In this document: piece by piece, positions 19,199 through 28,414 of the stretch
Numbering within the stretch: position 1 is the stretch's first letter
Layout: every line of letters begins with the position of its first letter
NCBI GenBank assembly: GCA_024642565.1
Contig: JAHEAV010000004.1
Location: forward strand, 30,391-94,390
Direction of reading: 5' to 3'
DNA from: Erythrobacter sp.
GTDB lineage: Bacteria; Pseudomonadota; Alphaproteobacteria; Sphingomonadales; Sphingomonadaceae
Length of the DNA: 64,000 bases
Position numbers and translations under genes: made by a program
The notes under the pieces: generated by a model
What the model saw: the letters and a program-made list of their open reading frames with translations, nothing else
Databases searched by the model: none
What the model was told of the DNA's origin: nothing

Positions 19199-19555
19199 TT
19201 AGGACGTCCCGACCTTGCTCTCAAGCTTATCGGCGCAATTTTCGAGCAAGGTTGCAAATCTTTCGAGTTTTTGCACCAATTCCGGATCTGCGTCTGCGGG
19301 TTTCGCCTCTTCCGTGTCGGCAGCACTTGGCCCTGCATTCTGGCTGACACCACCGGCGGCCTTGGCGTCGTGCAATTCGTCAGCAAGCAACAAGCAGGCG
19401 AACAGGAGATTTTGCGACTCCGGCCCGGTCCCGTTGCCGATTTGCCGAAATTTTGCGTCGATGGACTCGCCAAGGCGGGCAATGTGCGTTTCTTCGCCGT
19501 CCGCGCAGGCGACGGTGTATTTGCGGCCGCCGACGGAAAGGGTAACTTGGCTCAC
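19199..19555 (-). CDS. zapA: cell division protein ZapA
   Basis: 118 aa. MSQVTLSVGGRKYTVACADGEETHIARLGESID is a typical ZapA N-terminal fold, followed by a coiled-coil C-terminus. The GTG start overlaps the upstream stop (GTGA). Confidence 0.85.
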   Translation of the reverse strand: MSQVTLSVGGRKYTVACADGEETHIARLGESIDAKFRQIGNGTGPESQNLLFACLLLADELHDAKAAGGVSQNAGPSAADTEEAKPADADPELVQKLERFATLLENCADKLESKVGTS

Positions 19556-19746
19556 CTTTCCAGCCTCTCGATCAGATCGTCCAGTTCTTTCAGGCTGTTG
19601 GTCACCGAATCGCGCAGGCTTTCATGTTTCACCACCAGGCTGGACACCGAAGGGGGCACTGGGCGGATAGAATCCGTCAGCGCTTCAATCCTGCCTAGCG
19701 CTGCTTCGATCCGCTGTGTTGCCTGTGCCATGCGTTGATCCATCAT
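19552..19746 (-). CDS. small coiled-coil protein (DUF4164-like), translationally coupled to zapA
   Basis: 64 aa, predicted all-helical (MMDQRMAQATQRIEAALGRIEAL...LKELDDLIERLER). Its stop overlaps the zapA GTG. Confidence 0.6.
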   Translation of the reverse strand: MMDQRMAQATQRIEAALGRIEALTDSIRPVPPSVSSLVVKHESLRDSVTNSLKELDDLIERLER

Positions 19747-19982
19747 ACCCGCATTTTACTGCATTTTGCACTAGGAGGCAAAGGCTTGCCCGAAGCTGTT
19801 GATAAACTGGTTTCAACCGGTTCGGGGAAGGATGGGAAAGGCAAACTTTGGGGAAGACAGGTGGACCTGTCCTTGACCTAGCGGCGCCTGTCCGCAAAGG
19901 CTTCGCCCGCGTCGAATCGCTTTTGCGTGCAGCCTGCCGCTGGCAATATTTTCCAGATGACGCGGAATATCAGGAGCCGTTT

Positions 19983-21959
19983 ATGAGCCTCGACCCGTCC
20001 CGCCTGGCGCCAATGGCCAACGCCATCAGAGCACTGTCGATGGATGCAGTTCAGGCCGCCAATTCGGGCCACCCCGGGATGCCGATGGGCATGGCCGACG
20101 TTGCTGCGGTCCTGTGGTCGAAATATCTGAAGTTCGATCCTGCTGCGCCGCACTGGCCGGACCGTGACCGATTCGTACTGTCCGCCGGGCATGGCTCGAT
20201 GCTGATTTATTCGCTGCTTCATCTGTCCGGTTACGCGGCGCCAACCATGGATAATATCCGCAATTTCCGGCAATTGGGCAGCCCCTGTGCCGGACATCCG
20301 GAAAACTTCCTGCTTGATGGGGTTGAATGCACCACTGGCCCGTTGGGGCAAGGTGTGGCGATGGCGGTCGGAATGGCGATTGCCGAACGCCATCTGAACG
20401 CCCATTTTGGCGATGGACTGGTTGACCACCGGACCTGGACTGTTGCCGGTGATGGGTGCCTGATGGAAGGCATCAACCACGAAGCCATCGGAATCGCGGG
20501 CCATCTCAAGCTCGGCCATCTCAATGTGCTGTGGGATTCGAACGCGATTACCATCGATGGCGGGACCGACCTTTCGACATGCGAAGATATTCCTGCCCGC
20601 TACCGCGCTACGGGTTGGCATGTCACCGAATGTGACGGGCATGATTTTGCCGATATCGACCGGGCCCTGGCTGAAGCTTACGCCGAGACATCACGGCCAA
20701 CTCTGGTTGTGTGCAAAACCGTGATCGGCAAAGGGGCGCCGAACAAGCAAGGCACCAGCGCCACCCATGGCGCGCCGCTTGGCGCTGAGGAGATCGCGGC
20801 TGCACGGGCGGAACTGGGGTGGGACTCCCCACCGTTTGAAGTGCCTGAACCAATTCTCGCGGATTGGCGTTCGACCGGGGAAGCCGGGGCTGCTTCGCAT
20901 GCGCAATGGCAGAAACGCTGCGATGCCTCGCCCCACAAGGCGGAATTCCTCCGCCGGATGGCCGGCGATCTGCCTGCGGGCGACGAAGCGGCCAAGGCCT
21001 TTGCTGAATGGCTTGGAAAATCGCAGAATATCGCCAGCCGTAAAGCTTCCGAACTGGCGTTGGAGGTGCTGACCCCTCTATTGCCTGAAATGATTGGTGG
21101 TTCGGCGGATCTTACCGGTTCCAACAACACCAAGACCAAGGCCACTGGCCCGCTGACTGCGGCAGATTATGGCGGGCGCTATCTCTATTACGGTATTCGT
21201 GAATTCGGCATGGCCGCGGCGATGAACGGCATGGTGCTCCACGGCGGCGTAATCCCCTATGGCGGCACCTTCCTGATTTTCAGTGATTATTGCCGCAATG
21301 CCGTGCGCCTGTCCGCCTTGCAACAGGTGCGGGCGATCTACGTTTTCACGCACGATAGTATTGGCCTGGGTGAAGATGGTCCTACCCATCAACCAGTGGA
21401 ACAGCTGATGAGCCTCAGGCTCATCCCCAATCTCAATGTTTTCCGTCCTTGTGATGTGATCGAGACGGCGGAATGCTGGAATCTCGCCTTGCAGCACCGC
21501 GATACCCCGTCGGTGCTTGCGCTCAGCCGTCAGAATCTGCCTCAACTGCGCAATGATGGTGACATGCTAAGCGCCAAGGGGGCTTACCGCCTGAGAGGCG
21601 CTTCGGCGGCCCGAAAAGTAGTTCTCGTGGCAACCGGTTCGGAAGTGGCGCTCGCCGCAGAGGTTGCGGACTGCCTCGAAGCAGAAGGTATCGGCGCCGA
21701 TGTGGTGTCGATGCCCTGCGCTGAATTGTTCGAATTGCAGGATCAATCCTATCGCGCAGACATATTTCCTGCCGATGTGCTAAAAGTTTCGATCGAAGCA
21801 GGCTCTACCCTTGGATGGGAGCGTTATACCGGGCATGACGGGATAAACATCGGTCTCAATCGGTTTGGCGCATCCGCCCCGGCCGAGGAATTATTTGCAA
21901 AATTCGGCTTCACTGCGGATGCAATCGTTCCGAAAATATTAAATAAAATCAATTATTAA
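19983..21959 (+). CDS. tkt: transketolase
   Basis: SGHPGMPMG, GDGCLMEGI and HDSIGLGEDGPTHQP motifs. The start was moved from the TTG at 19848 to ATG 19983 (MSLDPSRLAPMANAIRALSMD...), giving a typical length of 658 aa. Confidence 0.95.
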   Translation: MSLDPSRLAPMANAIRALSMDAVQAANSGHPGMPMGMADVAAVLWSKYLKFDPAAPHWPDRDRFVLSAGHGSMLIYSLLHLSGYAAPTMDNIRNFRQLGSPCAGHPENFLLDGVECTTGPLGQGVAMAVGMAIAERHLNAHFGDGLVDHRTWTVAGDGCLMEGINHEAIGIAGHLKLGHLNVLWDSNAITIDGGTDLSTCEDIPARYRATGWHVTECDGHDFADIDRALAEAYAETSRPTLVVCKTVIGKGAPNKQGTSATHGAPLGAEEIAAARAELGWDSPPFEVPEPILADWRSTGEAGAASHAQWQKRCDASPHKAEFLRRMAGDLPAGDEAAKAFAEWLGKSQNIASRKASELALEVLTPLLPEMIGGSADLTGSNNTKTKATGPLTAADYGGRYLYYGIREFGMAAAMNGMVLHGGVIPYGGTFLIFSDYCRNAVRLSALQQVRAIYVFTHDSIGLGEDGPTHQPVEQLMSLRLIPNLNVFRPCDVIETAECWNLALQHRDTPSVLALSRQNLPQLRNDGDMLSAKGAYRLRGASAARKVVLVATGSEVALAAEVADCLEAEGIGADVVSMPCAELFELQDQSYRADIFPADVLKVSIEAGSTLGWERYTGHDGINIGLNRFGASAPAEELFAKFGFTADAIVPKILNKINY

Positions 21960-21974
21960 TCTGGAGCTTTTAAT

Positions 21975-22982
21975 ATGTCGACCAAGGTTGCAATCAATGG
22001 TTTCGGTCGTATCGGGCGCTTGGTCGCCCGGGCAATTCTGGAACGTAGTGATCATGATCTGGAGCTAGTCGCAATCAACGATCTGGCCGATGCGAAAGCC
22101 AACGCATTGCTTTTTGCCTATGATTCGACCCACGGACGGTTTCCGGGTGAAGTGTCGTCAGATGGCGCCAGCATAACCGTCAATGGCAAGAACATTGCTG
22201 TCACATCAGAACGCGATCCGGGCAATCTGCCCCATGCTGCAATGGGGATTGATCTGGTCCTGGAATGTACCGGATTCTTCCAATCGCATGAAGCCGCAGA
22301 GCCGCATTTGAAAGCTGGCGCCAAGCGGGTGCTGATCTCTGCCCCGGCCAAAAATGTCAGTGCGACGGTCGTTTACGGTGTGAACCACGACATATTGACG
22401 CCATCCGATGTAATTGTGTCGAACGCCAGTTGCACGACCAACTGTCTTGCGCCTGTAGCCAAGGTGTTGAACGATACGGTCGGTATCGAACGTGGGTTCA
22501 TGACCACGATCCATAGCTATACGAACGACCAGCGGATCCTTGACCAGATCCATTCCGACCTGCGCCGCGCGCGCGCCGGAGCGCTGAACATGATCCCCAC
22601 CACAACCGGCGCCGCGCGCGCCGTTGGCCTGGTATTGCCCGAACTCAACGGCAAGCTGGATGGTTCGTCTGTTCGGGTGCCGACGCCCAATGTCAGCCTG
22701 GTCGATCTGGTCTTCACTCCAAAGCGTGACACTTCGGCTGATGAGCTTAACGCTGCATTGAAGGCCGCATCCGAAGGGGCAATGAAAGGCGTTCTGTGCT
22801 ACACCGATCAGCCGCTGGTCAGTTCTGATTTCAACCATTTCCCGGCCAGCTCGACAGTCGACAGCCTTGAGACGACAGTCATGGAAGGCAAATTGTGCCG
22901 CGTGGTTTCGTGGTATGACAATGAATGGGGCTTTTCCAACCGCATGATTGACACCGCTGGTGTAATGGCGGGACTGATCTGA
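21975..22982 (+). CDS. gap: glyceraldehyde-3-phosphate dehydrogenase
   Basis: 335 aa with INGFGRIGR, the active site [12 protein letters not shown], and [11 protein letters not shown]. Confidence 0.97.
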   Translation: MSTKVAINGFGRIGRLVARAILERSDHDLELVAINDLADAKANALLFAYDSTHGRFPGEVSSDGASITVNGKNIAVTSERDPGNLPHAAMGIDLVLECTGFFQSHEAAEPHLKAGAKRVLISAPAKNVSATVVYGVNHDILTPSDVIVSNASCTTNCLAPVAKVLNDTVGIERGFMTTIHSYTNDQRILDQIHSDLRRARAGALNMIPTTTGAARAVGLVLPELNGKLDGSSVRVPTPNVSLVDLVFTPKRDTSADELNAALKAASEGAMKGVLCYTDQPLVSSDFNHFPASSTVDSLETTVMEGKLCRVVSWYDNEWGFSNRMIDTAGVMAGLI

Positions 22983-22992
22983 GGGAAATCTA

Positions 22993-24192
22993 ATGGGCAC
23001 TTTTCGCACACTGGATGATATCGGTGATGTCCGGGGCAAGGTGGCACTTGTGCGGGTCGACCTCAATTTGCCCATGAACGGCGGGGCAGTAACCGATAAG
23101 ACTCGTGTGAAGTCCTCGGCCCCGACGATTCTCGAACTTGCGGATGCAGGAGCGAAAGTCTTGCTGCTGGCGCATTTCGGCCGGCCGAATGGGCAACGCA
23201 ACTCGACCATGTCAGTGAGCATGACTCTGGACGCTGTTGAAGATGTGCTTGGCCGGGAAGTGATGTTCATTCCCGAAGTTGCCGGTCCTGTGGTCAAGCA
23301 ATCGGTCGGCATTCTGCGCGATGGCGATATTGGAATGCTCGAAAACACCCGATTTTGGTCAGGCGAAGAAGCCAACGATCCGGAGTTTGCCGCGGCAATC
23401 GCCGAAAATGCCGATTTCTTTGTCAACGATGCGTTTTCTGCTGCGCATCGTGCCCATGCCAGCACCGAAGGGCTGGCGCATATCCTGCCTGCCTATGCTG
23501 GCCGTGCGATGGAACGGGAATTGAAGGCTCTCGATGCGGCGCTGGGCAATCCGGAAAAACCGGTTGCGGCGGTTGTGGGCGGGGCCAAGGTCTCGTCCAA
23601 GCTCGCAGTGCTGGAACATCTAGTCAGCAAGGTCGATCATCTGATCATTGGCGGCGGTATGGCTAATACCTTTCTGGCGGCACGCGGCGTTGATGTCGGC
23701 AAGTCGCTATGCGAACATGAACTGGCCGATACAGCGAATACAATTCTGGACGCGGCAGACCAGTCCGGTTGCACGGTACATTTGCCGTATGACGTTGTGG
23801 TTGCCAAAGAATTTGCAGCCAATCCGGCCTCCTTGCGCACATGCAATGTCCATGAAGTTGCAGCAGACGAAATGATTCTCGATGTTGGCCCGCAAGCGGT
23901 TGAGGCACTGGCCGATGTCTTGAAGACTTGCCGCACCCTGGTGTGGAATGGCCCGCTGGGTGCCTTCGAGATTGAACCATTTGACGCAGCAACTGTGGCG
24001 CTGGCGCGAACGGCAGCGGCCCTGACCAGCGAAGGATCGCTGGTGTCGGTGGCGGGTGGCGGGGATACCGTTGCTGCGCTCAACCATGCCGGTGTGGCGG
24101 AAGAGTTTTCCTATGTTTCGACCGCAGGCGGGGCCTTTCTTGAGTGGATGGAAGGCAAAGTCTTGCCTGGCGTGGCGGCCCTGCGGCAGTAA
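22993..24192 (+). CDS. pgk: phosphoglycerate kinase
   Basis: 399 aa with [28 protein letters not shown] and GGGDT motifs. Confidence 0.97.
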   Translation: MGTFRTLDDIGDVRGKVALVRVDLNLPMNGGAVTDKTRVKSSAPTILELADAGAKVLLLAHFGRPNGQRNSTMSVSMTLDAVEDVLGREVMFIPEVAGPVVKQSVGILRDGDIGMLENTRFWSGEEANDPEFAAAIAENADFFVNDAFSAAHRAHASTEGLAHILPAYAGRAMERELKALDAALGNPEKPVAAVVGGAKVSSKLAVLEHLVSKVDHLIIGGGMANTFLAARGVDVGKSLCEHELADTANTILDAADQSGCTVHLPYDVVVAKEFAANPASLRTCNVHEVAADEMILDVGPQAVEALADVLKTCRTLVWNGPLGAFEIEPFDAATVALARTAAALTSEGSLVSVAGGGDTVAALNHAGVAEEFSYVSTAGGAFLEWMEGKVLPGVAALRQ

Positions 24193-24319
24193 TTTGTGGC
24201 CCTGCTTCCGCATACGGTTGCAGGGTACAAATTCGTTGGCTAAGGCGCGCGTCAGCAAGGCTTTGCATTCGTATGCACAGCCCAATTAGACGTTGCAATC
24301 ATAGGGCAGGAAAGCGCGA

Positions 24320-25210
24320 ATGAACCAGCAGGAAATGACCGACAAAATCGTGACCGGGCTGGGGTTCATTGCGGCTCTGGATCAGAGCGGGGGCTCCACA
24401 CCAAAGGCTCTGCGCGGATATGGCGTAGCGGACGCTGAATGGTCCGGCGATGATGAAATGTTCGCCAAGATTCACGAAATGCGTTGCCGCGTGATCACGG
24501 CCCCCAGCTTTGCCAATGGCAAGGTGATTGGCGCAATCCTGTTTGAACGAACCATGGACGGTTCCGTGAGCGGCACGCCCGCGCCAGATGCGCTTAAGGA
24601 TCGGGGGATCGTACCCTTTATCAAAGTCGACGAAGGGCTGATGGAGGAAGCGGACGGGGTCCAGCTAATGAAGCCGATGGCCAAACTGGATGCCTTGCTC
24701 GAAAAGTCGGTGACCAAGGGTATGTTCGGGACCAAAATGCGCTCCGTAATCCACGCCGCGAACACCGATGGGATCAAGGCCGTGGTCGGCCAGCAGTTTG
24801 AAGTTGGAAGCCGGATTGCCGATGCTGGTTTGATGCCAATTCTTGAGCCGGAATATACCATCACTTCCGCTGACCGTGCGGACGGTGAGAAGATTCTGCG
24901 TGATGAAATACTTGCGCAGCTGGATGCCTTGCCTGCCGGACGCAAGGTGATGTTGAAACTGTCGATTCCGGTAGAGGCCAATCTATACAAACCGCTTGTC
25001 AACCATCCCAATGTGCTGCGCGTAGTGGCCTTGTCGGGTGGATTTACGAGGGAAGATGCCTGCGAGGAATTGGCGGCAAACACCGGGATGATTGCCAGCT
25101 TTAGCCGTGCGTTGCTCGAGGAGTTGCGCGCGCAAATGAGCGACGACCAGTTCGACAACGCATTGGGAGAGGCGATCAATCATATCCAGCGCGCATCGAT
25201 CGCGGGCTAG
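24320..25210 (+). CDS. fba: class I fructose-bisphosphate aldolase
   Basis: 296 aa. Its N-terminal GFIAALDQSGGSTPKAL and central FIKVDEGL regions match the short bacterial class I aldolase family. It is the last gene of the tkt-gap-pgk-fba block. Confidence 0.88.
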   Translation: MNQQEMTDKIVTGLGFIAALDQSGGSTPKALRGYGVADAEWSGDDEMFAKIHEMRCRVITAPSFANGKVIGAILFERTMDGSVSGTPAPDALKDRGIVPFIKVDEGLMEEADGVQLMKPMAKLDALLEKSVTKGMFGTKMRSVIHAANTDGIKAVVGQQFEVGSRIADAGLMPILEPEYTITSADRADGEKILRDEILAQLDALPAGRKVMLKLSIPVEANLYKPLVNHPNVLRVVALSGGFTREDACEELAANTGMIASFSRALLEELRAQMSDDQFDNALGEAINHIQRASIAG

Positions 25211-25230
25211 GTTTCTCTGGCAGCGGTACT

Positions 25231-25656
25231 CTATGGGTCAAGCCGGAAGAAAAAACGATAATCCTTTGGATTGATCGATTTGCCAGGTGCCGGACTTGGA
25301 GGCGTGATTGCGGTCAACCGAAGTGTTCCGCCCTTTATGGCCTTTGCTTCGATATTATCGATCTGCAGGATGGAATTGCCAGCGCCAGCAGCGGCGCCTC
25401 GTTCGACAAGTTCGACCGAAACGACCACTCGTCCAGCCCAGACGCATTGAACCTCGGCGGGGCATCGGCTGTCTTCGATCACTTCACGCGGGATTACCGA
25501 GATACCTCCGAATTTGGCACTTTGCCCAAGCGCCACGCATTGACCATCGGGGCAATCAACGGAGTCCGGTGAATTTCCGGGAACATGAGCGGTCACGGCA
25601 CAGCCGGACAGTCCGGCCAAAATCAGCATGGCAGTTAGTGCGGTGAAAGCTTTCAT
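25231..25656 (-). CDS. lipoprotein of unknown function
   Basis: 141 aa with lipobox signal MKAFTALTAMLILAGLSGC. The mature part carries two CPxxx(x)C pairs (CPDGQC, CPAEVQC). Confidence 0.6.
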   Translation of the reverse strand: MKAFTALTAMLILAGLSGCAVTAHVPGNSPDSVDCPDGQCVALGQSAKFGGISVIPREVIEDSRCPAEVQCVWAGRVVVSVELVERGAAAGAGNSILQIDNIEAKAIKGGTLRLTAITPPSPAPGKSINPKDYRFFFRLDP

Positions 25657-25691
25657 TGGCGGTATTCTCCGGTGACGCTATTGGACCCGAT

Positions 25692-26321
25692 ATGACCGAG
25701 CATAATCAACCTTGCCAGCTTTACCTGATCTCTCCGCCCGACGTGGGTGGCGATTTTCCTCAGCGGCTCGAAAGAGCTTTATCCGCCGGGCCAGTCGCGG
25801 CTTTTCAGTTTCGTGTAAAAGGGATTGATCAGCATGCAGCGGCAGAGCTTGCGGCGCCCTTGCAGGCCATATGCGCCGCGCATGATGTCGCGTTTATCGT
25901 GAATGATGATGTGGCTTTGGCGAAGCGGCTCAACGCTGATGGTGTGCATCTGGGCCAAAGTGATGGCTCCCCCAAAGAGGCGCGCGAGATATTGGGGCGG
26001 GAGGCGCAGATCGGTGTGACGTGCCATGCGAGCCGCCATCTGGCGATGGAAGCCGGCGAGAACGGGGCGGATTATGTCGCTTTCGGTGCTTTCTACCCCA
26101 GTTCGACCAAAGAAACTGAGCACCGGGCTGAACCCGAGCTACTCGAATTCTGGCATGAGTTGTTTGAAATCCCCAGTGTTGCAATCGGCGGAATCACACC
26201 CGGCAATTGCCAGCCAATCATTGAGGCCGGGGCTGACTTCATTGCCGTGTCCGGGGCCGTCTGGATGGGGGATGAGGCCGAAATGGTGCGCGCCTTTACC
26301 GCCGTGCTCGCCAAATACTGA
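25692..26321 (+). CDS. thiE: thiamine-phosphate synthase
   Basis: LYLISPP start, FIVNDDVALAKRLNADGVHLGQSD, and AIGGI near the C-terminus. The ATG at 25692 was chosen over the upstream alternative start at 25656. Confidence 0.9.
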   Translation: MTEHNQPCQLYLISPPDVGGDFPQRLERALSAGPVAAFQFRVKGIDQHAAAELAAPLQAICAAHDVAFIVNDDVALAKRLNADGVHLGQSDGSPKEAREILGREAQIGVTCHASRHLAMEAGENGADYVAFGAFYPSSTKETEHRAEPELLEFWHELFEIPSVAIGGITPGNCQPIIEAGADFIAVSGAVWMGDEAEMVRAFTAVLAKY

Positions 26322-26690
26322 CTAGCGCGATCCAATATAACGGACGCAGCGCAAACGCCCCAGATTTCCCTGATCGTCAATTTCGCGCAAGGTGCTGCTG
26401 CCTTTCTTCTGAAAGCGGATACCCTTCATCGGCCCGCGAGTGAACGTCAGGGTCCCTCCGGCAAGAAGATAAGTCCCAGATCCGCCCTTGGCTGCATAGG
26501 TAGATGCGTTGCCGATAATAAAATTTCGTTCCTCAACCGGCTGCCAGGCCGCGCCCGTTGCGTCGCCCGGTAAGGCACAGCGATATTCGCCAACTGCCAA
26601 AGTATCCAGCCGCCCCGCAAGTGTCGGTCGCGCGGAAACCTGGGCCGAAACGGCCGAAATGGCGATCATCAGGATGAATGCTGCTCTCAT
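26322..26690 (-). CDS. exported hypothetical protein
   Basis: Internal ATG gives MRAAFILMIAISAVSAQVSA (signal peptide) and a mature protein of about 100 aa with two Cys. It abuts the thiE stop on the opposite strand. Confidence 0.5.
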   Translation of the reverse strand: MRAAFILMIAISAVSAQVSARPTLAGRLDTLAVGEYRCALPGDATGAAWQPVEERNFIIGNASTYAAKGGSGTYLLAGGTLTFTRGPMKGIRFQKKGSSTLREIDDQGNLGRLRCVRYIGSR

Positions 26691-26849
26691 AACTATTGTC
26701 CGTGCGCCTAACACTTCGGCCCCTGATACGCCAGTATGCCTATAAGCTTGCATCGCTGCACGCCTTGCCCGTTACGCATGTGTAGGTTAAGGGCGCGGCG
26801 CATGATGCGGGTCAGTGCCCGCTCTCCTGAATATAAGGCTAGCATTCCC

Positions 26850-27413
26850 ATGAAGATCAGCGGCGTGGACATCCGTCCCGGCAACATCATTGAATATGAG
26901 GGCGGCATTTGGAAAGTCGCCAAGATCCAGCACACCCAGCCCGGCAAAGGCGGTGCGTATATGCAGGTCGAAATGAAAAATCTGCAGGATGGCCGCAAGA
27001 CTAACGTCCGCTATCGCAGCGCCGATACGGTTGAGAAAGTCCGCCTGGACACCAAGGAATTCCAGTATCTTTATGAAGATGGCGAGATGCTGGTCTTTAT
27101 GGACAATGATACATACGAACAGATCACCTTGCCTTCGGACTTGCTCGGCGATGCCAAGGCTTTCCTGCAGGACGGGATGGAAGTGACGCTGGAACTGTGG
27201 GAAGAAAAGCCGATTTCGGTTGCGCTGCCCGACCAGATCGAAGCAACAATCGTGGAAGCCGATGCCGTTGTGAAAGGGCAGACTGCCTCCTCCAGCTACA
27301 AGCCAGCGGTGCTCGATAACGGTGTGCGCGTCATGGTCCCGCCGCATATCGGTTCAGGCACCAGGATTATCGTCGACGTTTACGAACGCACCTATGTCGG
27401 CAAGGTCGGCTGA
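26850..27413 (+). CDS. efp: elongation factor P
   Basis: [45 protein letters not shown], 187 aa from ATG 26850. The track ORF has a spurious 38-aa upstream extension. Confidence 0.95.
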   Translation: MKISGVDIRPGNIIEYEGGIWKVAKIQHTQPGKGGAYMQVEMKNLQDGRKTNVRYRSADTVEKVRLDTKEFQYLYEDGEMLVFMDNDTYEQITLPSDLLGDAKAFLQDGMEVTLELWEEKPISVALPDQIEATIVEADAVVKGQTASSSYKPAVLDNGVRVMVPPHIGSGTRIIVDVYERTYVGKVG

Positions 27414-27419
27414 TCGATC

Positions 27420-28241
27420 ATGGCAGCAGTATCTGGCCTGATCCGCGTCATGGAACGCGCTGCGCGCAAGGCAGGCAATCGCCTGCGCCGTGATTTCGGG
27501 GAAGTCGAACATTTGCAGGTCAGCCGCAAGGGGCCGGCAGATTTTGTGTCCAAGGCAGACCAACGCGCCGAACGCATTCTCTATGACGAATTGCTTCTTG
27601 CGCGGCCGGACTGGGGCTTCGTGCTCGAAGAAGCAGGCGTAATCGAAGGCGATCCTGATAAACCGCGGTGGATCATTGATCCGCTCGATGGGACCAGCAA
27701 TTTTCTGCACGGTATTCCTCATTTCGCGATTTCAATTGCCGCACAGGAACCGCGCCTTGATGGCAATGGTTGGGGTGATGTCTTCGCCGGGGTAGTTTAT
27801 CAGCCAATCACCGATGAAACCTTCTGGGCGGAAAAAACGCGCGGTGCATGGCTTCAGGATGCCCGGCTGCGGGTGTCCTCTCGTCAAAGCATGTCGGATT
27901 CGCTGATTGCGACAGGAATCCCGTTCCAGGGACATGGCGATTTCGCCGAATGGTCGAAGATTTTTGCAGCGGTTGGGCCGCAAGTGGCGGGTATTCGCCG
28001 CTTCGGTGCAGCTTCTCTGGATCTTGCCTGGTTGGCCCAGGGCCGCTTTGACGGATATTGGGAAAGTGGCCTGAGCGATTGGGATACCGCTGCCGGTTGC
28101 CTTCTGGTGCGTGAAGCGGGCGGTTTTGTAAGCGATTTTCGTGGTCGTTCTGGCCCAATTCATTCCGCGCAGGTCGTTGCTGGAAACGACGTTATTCATT
28201 CGCGGCTGCACAAGCTGGTCGCGGGCGCGATCAAGTCTTGA
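27420..28241 (+). CDS. suhB: inositol monophosphatase family protein (SuhB-like)
   Basis: 273 aa with the conserved WIIDPLDGTSNF and WDTAAG motifs. Confidence 0.9.
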   Translation: MAAVSGLIRVMERAARKAGNRLRRDFGEVEHLQVSRKGPADFVSKADQRAERILYDELLLARPDWGFVLEEAGVIEGDPDKPRWIIDPLDGTSNFLHGIPHFAISIAAQEPRLDGNGWGDVFAGVVYQPITDETFWAEKTRGAWLQDARLRVSSRQSMSDSLIATGIPFQGHGDFAEWSKIFAAVGPQVAGIRRFGAASLDLAWLAQGRFDGYWESGLSDWDTAAGCLLVREAGGFVSDFRGRSGPIHSAQVVAGNDVIHSRLHKLVAGAIKS

Positions 28242-28282
28242 TGCAATGGCGCGGTCCAGCTAAGCAGCCGCGCGGTTAAAGT

Positions 28283-28367
28283 GCCCCTGTGGTGGAATCG
28301 GTAGACGCGCTCGACTCAAAATCGAGTTCCGAAAGGAGTGCCAGTTCGAGTCTGGCCAGGGGCACCA
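28283..28367 (+). tRNA. tRNA-Leu (CAA)
   Basis: GCCCCTG-TG-GTGG-AATCGGTAGA-...-CTCGA-CTCAAAA-TCGAG, a long variable arm, TTCGAGT T-loop, then CAGGGGC-A-CCA. The anticodon is CAA. Confidence 0.93.
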
Positions 28368-28414
28368 AAATTCTGAATTAGCTTGCAAATGGTCGCTCGC
28401 TTTGAGAGGCGTCA

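Noticed and set aside
25657-25691. Looked for a TPP riboswitch upstream of thiE.
   Set aside because: Only 35 nt separate thiE from the divergent lipoprotein gene, too short for a THI-box aptamer, and no CUGAGA/ACCUGA elements were seen.
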